From the NCBI GenBank assembly GCA_964491875.1, contig CAZBIC010000026.1, positions 48,090 through 112,089 of the forward strand: DNA of 64,000 bases. Reading direction: 5' to 3'. Below are positions 52,424 to 60,418 of this stretch, piece after piece. The translations under genes and the position numbers were made by a program. The stretch comes from an uncultured Bifidobacterium sp. GTDB taxonomy: Bacteria > Verrucomicrobiota > Verrucomicrobiia > Limisphaerales > JADJPG01. Under the pieces are notes generated by a model that was given only the letters and a program-made list of their open reading frames with translations, had not been told where the DNA came from and did no database searches. How positions within the stretch are numbered: position 1 is the first letter of the stretch; every line of letters starts with the position of its first letter.

Positions 52424-55159
52424 TCAAGGAACGAGCCGGAAGAATTTCGGGCTGGTGCCGATCGGAAGCGTGACCTTAAAGATGCCCGGTTCCTGAACAA
52501 TCTGACCGTCCGAAGACTGCCAGTTCGCCGGGAGGAGGCTGGTGGCTTCTTCGAGAATGGCAAATGTCGCCCAATCCGGCCAGCTGACCACGACGTTGCC
52601 GCCGTCGCGAACGATCGTCATGCGCGGCTGCACCGGAGACGTGGAAGGACCAGCGGCGAAGCTGGAAGCCACTTGAGCCGGGAGCATGAAGCCATCCCAG
52701 ATGCGGAATTCGTCGAACTGACCGCGGAAGAGCGGGTCGTTGAACTGCGCACGGCCGAGCCAGTTGTTCAGCGTGGATCCCATCGACGCCGGCGTAATCG
52801 TCACGTTGCGGTTTTCTGCAACCTGAACGCCGTCGACATAGAGGCGCCCAGCCTTCGCATCACCGCTGGTCGTCCAGACGACGTGCTTCATTTGGCCTAC
52901 CGGGAGCGAGGCTCCAGCCTGCTCGATGAGTTGTTCGCCAGCGCCACCGCCAGACACCGTGTAGGCGCCACGCAGATTGCCGAGACCGCTCGGAGCAGAG
53001 AGGAACATATACTGAGTTCCGGACGTACCGGAACCAATGGGGAAGTCCTCGCCACCCGAGCTATTGCCGAAGTCGAAGATGCGCGCCCAACCAGCGCTGC
53101 CGTCGTCCTGCACCCAGGCTTCAACCGTGATGCTCTGATACGGGAGGACGATGTCATTCGGCAGATTGACGTATGCCGAACTGCCGTCGAGCGTGAGCTT
53201 GCCGTCCGCATAGGAACCGCTGCCCACCACTGCGCCGTCTTTCCCGCCCACCACGTCCGTTGCCACGGTGAGTCCAGCCGCCTCGTTGAATGTGTATTGG
53301 TTCTTCAATGTCGGTGCGGGAACGCCCCGGACCGTCAACGTCGCCACCACGCTGGTTACGACCGTCGGAACACCATTCGGCGTGTTTGCAGCCACGCTGT
53401 AGATGCGCGCGCCGCTGTCAGCAACCGACGTCACAAACGAATAAGACGGGCCCGTCGCTCCGGGAATCGCGACATCATCGCGGTACCATTGGTAGGTCAA
53501 AGGTGCGGCACCGGTAGCCACGGCTTCAAAGTCCGCACGGAAGCTTTCGTAGTTGGTAACCGAATTCGGCTGCGAGACGAACGAGACCGGGTCTTCGGAG
53601 AGGTTGACCACTTCCGGGCCGGCCCCGAAGTTGCCCGCCACTTCCCGCGCCGTCAGCACGCGGTCATAAATGCGGAACTCGTCGAACTCGCCCTGCATGT
53701 TCAAGTCATCGTACTGGGACCGACCCAGCCATGCGTTGACATCGTTGATGGCGCTCATCGCCCCCGGCGCCGTAAAAGTGTTTTGCAGCACGCCATTCTC
53801 GTAGGTTCGCACCTCACGAGTGGTTTCATCCCAGGTGATCGCGAAGTGGAAATCCTGACCCGGCGTTGTGCCGCCCGGAGTATTCACACCGGCACCCGGA
53901 ACCTCGGTCCTGTGATTGTCGAGATCCGTACCGATCTGGGCGGTATAGAACAAGGACCCCAGTCCCGGCCCAATACCGGCCTGCGGCCCCGTCACTTCTC
54001 CGGCAGTCGTGTTGCCGAAATCGAACACGCGCGACCAGGTTTGATTGCCCGTCACTTTGACCCAGCCTTCGACTGTGATCTGTCCGCTGCCGCCATTGTT
54101 CGCGCTGTTGGCGGACACCAGGCCGTTTGGCAGGTCGCCATATCCAGCATCGGCGTTGCTGCCGCCAGAAAGGGCGAGACGTGTCCCGGAGAACGACGTG
54201 CCAGCGCCGCGAACGGTACCGTGAGCGGTGCCGACAGAGTCGTTGAAGTTCAGGCCAGCCGCATCCAGTGCCGCCGTTTCGTTGAACGAATAACGATGAA
54301 TTGGCGCCGAGCTGAGAGGAAGCGGTGCCGGGAGGTTGTTGAAGCCGGTTTTCTCCAAGTCGAAATTCTGCTTCACCTGCTCGGCCGTCAGCGCGTCGTT
54401 GTGAATGCGCACCTTGGCCAGGCTCAATGAGCCGCGAAGCCCGCCCGTCACCGTCACGCCATCGCCCTCAAGCTGGGCCGCGAGCACAATCGATGTGTTC
54501 GGATGCGTGTTCAAGGACACCGCCTCCTCGTTCAGCATGATGCCGTCCGAGAAAACGCGCTGCGTCGCACCGTCATAAGTGTAGACGAGATGATGCCAGG
54601 CACGCGCCGCCGGGGCGCCACCGTCATTGGCCCATCCGATATCCGGGCTGCCCCACTGGCCGACCGCGCCCCAAGTTCCGTTGGAGCCGTAGTTGAACGA
54701 CATGTTCGAACCATCGCCACCGCCGCGCTTGCCCCAGGAGACAAGCGTTTCCTCGTCGGCAATCGCCGGATTGTAGGCCCAAACTTCAATCGTACGGGAC
54801 GGGTTGCCGCCCACCAAACCGTCCGGCGGAGGCGTCACGGCTCCACCCAGTTCACCCACCAGCTGCATGAAGTCCGTTCCATCAAAGGTAATCGCCTTGA
54901 CGCCGTTGATCGTGGTCACCGCCGGCACTGTAGTGCCGCCACCGCGCGCCTCGAAGAGGCCGCCCAAGGTTCCGCTGTTCACAATCGACGACAGCGGACC
55001 TTCGGAAAGGGTTGTCGCGTCAACGTCAACAAACAGGTCGCCCGCCAGCTGCAATTGCGCCGTGGCCGGGCTGATGAAACCCAGCAGCGCCAGCGCCGCG
55101 GTGACCGCGGGCAAAACGCCGGGACGGGATTTTGGAGAAGAGTTCGGTTTGGACTTCAT
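52424..55159 (-). CDS. Secreted multi-LamG / Ig-like domain protein (911 aa)
   Basis: Signal peptide. The N-terminal module is highly similar to that of the giant protein (RTIEVWAYNPAIADEETLVSWGKRGGGDGSNMSFNYG). Further LamG-like segments (FDEFRIYDRVLTAREV, FDEFRIWDGFMLPAQV) and an Ig-like segment (LTYQWYRDDVAIPGATGPSY). Confidence 0.8.
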   Translation of the reverse strand: MKSKPNSSPKSRPGVLPAVTAALALLGFISPATAQLQLAGDLFVDVDATTLSEGPLSSIVNSGTLGGLFEARGGGTTVPAVTTINGVKAITFDGTDFMQLVGELGGAVTPPPDGLVGGNPSRTIEVWAYNPAIADEETLVSWGKRGGGDGSNMSFNYGSNGTWGAVGQWGSPDIGWANDGGAPAARAWHHLVYTYDGATQRVFSDGIMLNEEAVSLNTHPNTSIVLAAQLEGDGVTVTGGLRGSLSLAKVRIHNDALTAEQVKQNFDLEKTGFNNLPAPLPLSSAPIHRYSFNETAALDAAGLNFNDSVGTAHGTVRGAGTSFSGTRLALSGGSNADAGYGDLPNGLVSANSANNGGSGQITVEGWVKVTGNQTWSRVFDFGNTTAGEVTGPQAGIGPGLGSLFYTAQIGTDLDNHRTEVPGAGVNTPGGTTPGQDFHFAITWDETTREVRTYENGVLQNTFTAPGAMSAINDVNAWLGRSQYDDLNMQGEFDEFRIYDRVLTAREVAGNFGAGPEVVNLSEDPVSFVSQPNSVTNYESFRADFEAVATGAAPLTYQWYRDDVAIPGATGPSYSFVTSVADSGARIYSVAANTPNGVPTVVTSVVATLTVRGVPAPTLKNQYTFNEAAGLTVATDVVGGKDGAVVGSGSYADGKLTLDGSSAYVNLPNDIVLPYQSITVEAWVQDDGSAGWARIFDFGNSSGGEDFPIGSGTSGTQYMFLSAPSGLGNLRGAYTVSGGGAGEQLIEQAGASLPVGQMKHVVWTTSGDAKAGRLYVDGVQVAENRNVTITPASMGSTLNNWLGRAQFNDPLFRGQFDEFRIWDGFMLPAQVASSFAAGPSTSPVQPRMTIVRDGGNVVVSWPDWATFAILEEATSLLPANWQSSDGQIVQEPGIFKVTLPIGTSPKFFRLVP

Positions 55160-55453
55160 AGAGTTACTGATGAAACGTTTTCAATGTTACTTCTGATAAA
55201 CCCCATCACGCGCATCCCCAGCTGACCTAAATCAGCGACGAATACAGCACGCTCGGAAGCGCAACGGGATATAGTGAGACGCTATCAGAGTATTGCCTTC
55301 TCTCAAGGTCAACCATGAGAACTTGCGCATTTGATTTGAGGAATTTTACTTCACCGCAGAATCCGGCCTACTTTTGGTTCGCACCGATCTTCGCAAGTTC
55401 CTCCCAAGAAAAGCCGAAACTCCGCACGTCACAACCACTCCAGCGACCGGCCC

Positions 55454-56653
55454 TCAATCCTCAGCCCCGCCGCGGGCGAAATCACCCTGCCTTCCACGAT
55501 TCTGCGCGCGGTAACGACTCGGCGGGGACCCGGCCTCGCGTTTGAAAACCGCGCTGAAATACTCCACGTGGGCAAACCCAGCGCGCTCAGCAATCTGCGC
55601 CATCGGCAATTCCGTCTCCGCCAGCAACACCTTGGCGCGGTCGATTTGCACGCGGAGGATCTCCTCGTGCGGCGTCCGCCCGACCAACTTCTTGAACCGG
55701 CCCTCCAGAATCCGGCGCGATTGCGGAACGGCCCGAAGCACGTCCTTCACACTGATTCCCTCACATGCGTGGTCCCTGATATACCGAATGGCGCGAACAA
55801 GATTCGAATCCTCGATGGCAAGCGTGTCGGTGGACTGGCGCGTCGCCACTCCGAGCGGTTCAATGAAATGTACCTCGGGACGCGCCTTCTCACCGTTCAT
55901 TAACCGATCCAGCAGTTCCGCCGCGCGATACCCAGTCTGCTGCATGTTCGGAATGATGCTCGACATCGGAGGGTGGCACAGGTTGCAGAGCAGATCGTCG
56001 TTGTCGACGCCCAGCACCGCCACTTCGTCCGGCACGGCTATCCCGCGAAGACGACAGGCATCCAGCACCTGACGGCCGCGAAAGTCGTAACACGCCAGAA
56101 TGCCGACCGGCTTCGGCAGCGAAGCCACCCATTGCGCGATATGCTCGATGTCCGCCTGATCATCGCCCACTTCGCCCGATGGAGACTGGCAGGCAAAGAC
56201 GGGATAACCCGCCTCGCTCACGAACTTCATGAAATTATTCCCCCGCAGATCGGACCAGACGAACCGGGGATTGCCGCAGTAGGCAAAGTTCTTGAAGCCA
56301 CGTTCCATGAAGTGCCGCGCGGCGATTCTCCCCACCGCTTCCTCGTCGATTTCAAAGCAAGGCAGCTTCGGCAGTGGACGCGCCGCGCTGACATCGACGA
56401 TGGGAACACGCAGCTTGGAAAGAACCCGCGCAATCTCCGCGTTCTCGATGCGGGCGATCACGCCGTCCCCATCCCAACGCGCCAGCCACGCCGGCGGCAA
56501 ATCACCGCGCCGTTGCTCGGCGAGATACACCGACCACGGGCCGTGCTCGCGCAAGTACGAAATGATGCCTTGCAACAGCCCGCGCGCATACGCGTTCGAC
56601 GTTTCAATCAGCAACGCGACTTTGCGGGGCGACGTGGACCGGGTTTTCGTCAT
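55454..56653 (-). CDS. XylR-like transcriptional regulator (periplasmic-binding-protein-like sensor + AraC HTH)
   Basis: N-terminal LacI/PBP-like domain (KVALLIETSNAYARGLLQGI). C-terminal AraC-type HTH (QIAERAGFAHVEYFSAVFKREAGSPPSRYR). Confidence 0.85.
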   Translation of the reverse strand: MTKTRSTSPRKVALLIETSNAYARGLLQGIISYLREHGPWSVYLAEQRRGDLPPAWLARWDGDGVIARIENAEIARVLSKLRVPIVDVSAARPLPKLPCFEIDEEAVGRIAARHFMERGFKNFAYCGNPRFVWSDLRGNNFMKFVSEAGYPVFACQSPSGEVGDDQADIEHIAQWVASLPKPVGILACYDFRGRQVLDACRLRGIAVPDEVAVLGVDNDDLLCNLCHPPMSSIIPNMQQTGYRAAELLDRLMNGEKARPEVHFIEPLGVATRQSTDTLAIEDSNLVRAIRYIRDHACEGISVKDVLRAVPQSRRILEGRFKKLVGRTPHEEILRVQIDRAKVLLAETELPMAQIAERAGFAHVEYFSAVFKREAGSPPSRYRAQNRGRQGDFARGGAED

Positions 56654-56872
56654 TTCAATTCACTAGACACGACCGCGGCGGAATCAGTCACGCCTGCGTT
56701 CGAGGAAAAGAAGGTAGCAAGGGCAGTCTGTTTGTCGAACCGCCGGGAGTCTTGGCCCCAAATGACACCCTTTCCGACAATCCGGGCACAACCCGGCGGC
56801 AACGGTTCACTTCGCACTCCGCGCGCAGGGTTTCCATTTGCGGGCCGTGTCCATCCTACTTACCCTTTCACC

Positions 56873-58363
56873 ATGTCCTCCTTCGGAACGATTCAGACCA
56901 TCGCCGTCCTTGGCGGCGGCAGCGCCGGCTTCATGGCCGCCATCACGCTCAAGCGCAAGTTGCCCAACGTAAAAGTCCGCGTCGTGCGCAGCCCGGACAT
57001 CGGCGTCATCGGCGTCGGCGAAGGCACCACCGTTTCATTCCCGCGCCACTTCTTCGAGTATCTCAAACTCAAACCGCAACAGTTCTACGCCGAGGCCGAG
57101 CCCACTTGGAAACTCGGCATCAAATTCCTCTGGGGACCGCGCAAGGAATTCTATTACACCTTCGCCTACGAGTATCAGCACCGTTACCCAGAGCTCTCGC
57201 GCAATAACGGATTCTTCTACCAATACAACCAACCGTACGCCGGGCGCATCTCCGCCTTTATGGCGCACGACAAGGCGTTCCCGAAACGCGCCGACGGCTT
57301 TCCCGAGTTTCACAACCAGCACGCGTTCCACGTCGAGAACAAGAAACTTGTCGGCTGGCTTGAGAATGTCGCACGCACTTTTGGCGTTGAGATTGTCGAC
57401 GCAACAGTGCGACCCGAGACCGGCCCGCAAGGCATCGCCGCGCTCATCACCGAATCCGGCGACCGCATCACCGCGGACCTCTACATCGACGCCTCCGGCT
57501 TCCGCAGCGAATTGCTCGGTCGCGCCCTGAACGAGCCGTTCCTCAGCTACAGCGACTCGCTCTTCTGCGACCGCGCCGTCATCGGCGGCTGGCCGCGCAC
57601 GGACGAACCGATCAAGCCCTACACCGTCGCCGAGACGATGGACGCCGGCTGGTGCTGGCAGATCGAGCACGAGAACTGGATCAATCGCGGCTACGTTTAC
57701 TCCTCGAACTTCATCAGCGACGCCGACGCGCTCGCCGAATTGATGCGCAAGAATCCGCGCATCGCCAACGAACCGCGCGTCGTGAAGTTTCGTACCGGCC
57801 GCTACGCGCGCAACTGGGTCGGCAACGTCGTCGGCATCGGCAACTCCGTCGGCTTCGTCGAACCGCTCGAAGCGACGGCGCTCCAAGTCATCTGCGTCGA
57901 AGCCAGCACGCTCGCCGATTCGCTCATCGACAGCCTCTGCGCACCGACGCCCACGCTCATCCAGCTCTACAACAACTACAACGCACAGGCCTGGGATGAC
58001 ATCCGCGACTTCCTCGCCGTCCACTACAAGTTCAATACGCGGATCGACAACGCTTTCTGGCAGGCGGCCCGCAACGACACCAAACTCCACGACGCACAAT
58101 TCCTCGTCGACTTCTACAAGGAGAACGGACCGAGCGTCGTCGCCGGCGCTCAGTTGCTGCACTCCTCGAACTCGTTCGGCATGGACGGCTATCTCGCGAT
58201 GTTGATCGGCCAGGACGTGCCACACGCCAAGCCGTTCACGCCGACCGCCGCCGAAGCGAAGCTGTGGAACGATCGCTGCGCGACCTGGGCTCTCGAAGCC
58301 AAGCGTGGCATGGACGTGAAGCAATGCCTCGACGCGATGCGCAAGCCGGGCATGAAGTGGTGA
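56873..58363 (+). CDS. Tryptophan-halogenase-family flavoprotein
   Basis: IAVLGGGSAGFMAA, IGVGEGTTVSFP and GWCWQIEH (a degenerate WxWxIP). Start set at MSSFGTIQT (ATG 56873). The 300-codon upstream extension in the track is antisense to the XylR-like gene. Confidence 0.85.
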   Translation: MSSFGTIQTIAVLGGGSAGFMAAITLKRKLPNVKVRVVRSPDIGVIGVGEGTTVSFPRHFFEYLKLKPQQFYAEAEPTWKLGIKFLWGPRKEFYYTFAYEYQHRYPELSRNNGFFYQYNQPYAGRISAFMAHDKAFPKRADGFPEFHNQHAFHVENKKLVGWLENVARTFGVEIVDATVRPETGPQGIAALITESGDRITADLYIDASGFRSELLGRALNEPFLSYSDSLFCDRAVIGGWPRTDEPIKPYTVAETMDAGWCWQIEHENWINRGYVYSSNFISDADALAELMRKNPRIANEPRVVKFRTGRYARNWVGNVVGIGNSVGFVEPLEATALQVICVEASTLADSLIDSLCAPTPTLIQLYNNYNAQAWDDIRDFLAVHYKFNTRIDNAFWQAARNDTKLHDAQFLVDFYKENGPSVVAGAQLLHSSNSFGMDGYLAMLIGQDVPHAKPFTPTAAEAKLWNDRCATWALEAKRGMDVKQCLDAMRKPGMKW

Positions 58364-58578
58364 GCGACGATTCCCTCACCGACGACCCGAAGCCGGCCGC
58401 ACTGTCGTCTTAATCTGACGTTCGCCGCGATCTTCCCGCAGGTCGCGGGATTGCTTGAAGTTCGCCGCCTTCGGCGCGTGACGGCGCGTTCGTTCGTTAC
58501 GATTGGCGCCAGGTTTGCGGGTGGTTTTGCTGAGGGTAGTGGCAGGCATAAAATCTTCGAAGTTGACCGAGTGAATTG

Positions 58579-58631
58579 AAAAAATTACCGGGCGGACCTC
58601 TGGCACTTTGGTGCGCCGTCAACCCGCCCGG
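58579..58631 (-). terminator. Intrinsic terminator after the Hsp20 gene
   Basis: Minus strand reads CCGGGCGG...CCGCCCGG (8-bp stem, 58631..58588) followed by TAATTTTTT. Confidence 0.55.
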
Positions 58632-58655
58632 CCTCTGCGTTAGTCACCCAAAACT

Positions 58656-59111
58656 TCAGGTGACTTTGACCTCGACGGCTTTCGGTTTCGCCTTCTCCGT
58701 CTTGGGCAGGTGAACTTTGAGCACGCCGTCCTTGAACTCGGCGTTCACCTTGGCGCTATCCGCGTCATCCGGCAGGGCGAAACTGCGAAGGAAGTTTCCA
58801 TACGCTCGCTCCACGCGATGATACTTCTTGTCCTTCTCTTCCTTCTCGAACTTCCGTTCGCCGGTGATGGTGAGCACGCCATTCTCGACATTCACCTTCA
58901 CATCCTCCTTCTTCACTTCTGGAAGGTCGGCCTTCAAGAGCCACTCCTTGTCGTCTTCAATGATGTCGATGAGCGGCGTCCATTCCGTGACGGTCATCCA
59001 CTCCTTGCCGCCGTTCTCCGGACGCGGGGGAGTCATGCCAAACAGTTTGGCAAACCGGGTCTGGAGATCATCCATCTCCTTGAACGGATCCCAACGAGTC
59101 ATGGCATTCAT
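58656..59111 (-). CDS. Small heat-shock protein (Hsp20 / alpha-crystallin family)
   Basis: WTPLIDIIEDDKEWLLKADLPEVKKEDVKVNVENGVLTITGERK...ERAYGNFLRSFALP...AEFKDGVLKVHLPK. Start set at MNAMTRWDPF. Confidence 0.9.
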   Translation of the reverse strand: MNAMTRWDPFKEMDDLQTRFAKLFGMTPPRPENGGKEWMTVTEWTPLIDIIEDDKEWLLKADLPEVKKEDVKVNVENGVLTITGERKFEKEEKDKKYHRVERAYGNFLRSFALPDDADSAKVNAEFKDGVLKVHLPKTEKAKPKAVEVKVT

Positions 59112-59433
59112 CGTCTGTTTCCTTTCATGGCGGTTGTTGTCTCGGGCGCCCGCCGGCCCACCGGATCCGGCGTGGTCACCGGGATTGAAGCCGGGCTCCT
59201 CCATCCAATCCCTCTTCAATCCTGAGTCAATCACGCCCCGTCCACGCCAGCGCGCTTCACGCATCTTGCGAACCTCCAGCCGAAGATTGGCGCGCCCGCA
59301 CACAGGCAATCAATCACCCACCACACAAAGCGTGCTCACTCCGCAGCAAAATGCAGCAATGCTTCAGCAACTTTGGGGCAAGCGAATCTCCCGCGACGGC
59401 GTCTATTGTAGTAGCCACTGAAAAGGAACCGTT

Positions 59434-59772
59434 ATGAAAAAGTCGACACGCAAACCAACCTCGGCAACGACCGCCGTTGAAAACGCTCTACACACCCGGC
59501 TCGTGCGGCTCGACTACGTCAATCCGCACGCCAAGTCCGTTTACGTCGCGGGTAGCTTCAATGAATGGCATCCCGCCGTGACGGAGATGATCAACCTCGG
59601 TGACGGACGTTGGGCCAAGGAACTCACGCTGGACCCCGGCACCTACACCTACCGCCTCGTCGTCGATGGCGAATGGCTGCCAGATCCGGAATCGAGCGAG
59701 CTCGTGCCTAATCCATTCGGGAGCTACGACTCCGTGCTCAACGTCCCCGCAGCGCCCGTAAAACAACCTTAA
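59434..59772 (+). CDS. Glycogen-binding-type (CBM48 / AMPK-beta-like) domain protein
   Basis: VYVAGSFNEWHPAVTEM...GRWAKELTLDPGTYTYRLVVDGEWLPDP. Confidence 0.7.
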   Translation: MKKSTRKPTSATTAVENALHTRLVRLDYVNPHAKSVYVAGSFNEWHPAVTEMINLGDGRWAKELTLDPGTYTYRLVVDGEWLPDPESSELVPNPFGSYDSVLNVPAAPVKQP

Positions 59773-59802
59773 CGATTCGAAACTCTCAACCTTACCTGAC
59801 CT

Positions 59803-60405
59803 ATGAAAATCAAACGCAACTCTCGAAACGGCGGAGTCGTCATGCAACTCGACAGGAACGAATCGCGCATCCGCGACACCGCACCCGCACCAGCCGCATC
59901 GACGCTCTCCGTGTTTCAACTGAAACGCATCCTCGTGCCGGTGGACTTCTCCGAATGCTCCAACAAGGCTCTGCAATACGCCCTGCCCTTCGCGCGCCAA
60001 TTCGGAGCAACGCTCCTCGTCACCCATGTGATTCAACCGTACATCCCGATCCCCGAGATGACCGGAGTGGACGTTGAGCTCATCGAAGCGCAAATGCGCG
60101 AAGCCGCCGAGCGCGAGCTCAAAGTCGTCCGTCAGGCGTTACCGGGAGACATCACATCGGAACAAGTCCTGCGGATTGGTCACCCGCAAACGGAGATCGT
60201 GAAGGCGGCGAAAGAACTCAACGCGGACTTAATCATCGTATCGACCCACGGCCGCAGCGGCCTGGCCCACGTGTTCCTTGGCAGCACGGCGGAACGCGTC
60301 ATCCGCCACGCTGGTTGTCCGGTGCTCGTCGTTCGGGAGAACGAACGCGAGTTTGTGAAATCCCCCGTCACCACGAAAACCCCGGCCACCACCGGAACGA
60401 CCTGA
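59803..60405 (+). CDS. Universal stress protein (UspA family)
   Basis: ILVPVDFSECSNKALQYAL...LIIVSTHGRSGLAHVFLGSTAERVIRHAGCPVLVV. Confidence 0.85.
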   Translation: MKIKRNSRNGGVVMQLDRNESRIRDTAPAPAASTLSVFQLKRILVPVDFSECSNKALQYALPFARQFGATLLVTHVIQPYIPIPEMTGVDVELIEAQMREAAERELKVVRQALPGDITSEQVLRIGHPQTEIVKAAKELNADLIIVSTHGRSGLAHVFLGSTAERVIRHAGCPVLVVRENEREFVKSPVTTKTPATTGTT

Positions 60406-60418
60406 AGGAGGACGTCGT

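Noticed and set aside
47513-54430. 945-aa (47513..50350) and 679-aa (52391..54430) plus-strand ORFs
   Set aside because: They are antisense to the giant and LamG genes. Their composition is Arg/His/Ala-rich, typical of reverse-frame artefacts.
55973-56872. 300-codon N-terminal extension of the Trp-halogenase-family ORF
   Set aside because: This part is antisense to the XylR-like gene and crosses the intergenic region. The family-typical N-terminus (GGGSAGF) starts right after the ATG at 56873.
58376-58606. 76-aa very basic ORF downstream of the Hsp20 gene
   Set aside because: Its 5' part overlaps the Hsp20 terminator hairpin. It has no ribosome-binding site or homology. The shorter MPATTLSK version (from 58549) cannot be excluded, but it is unsupported.
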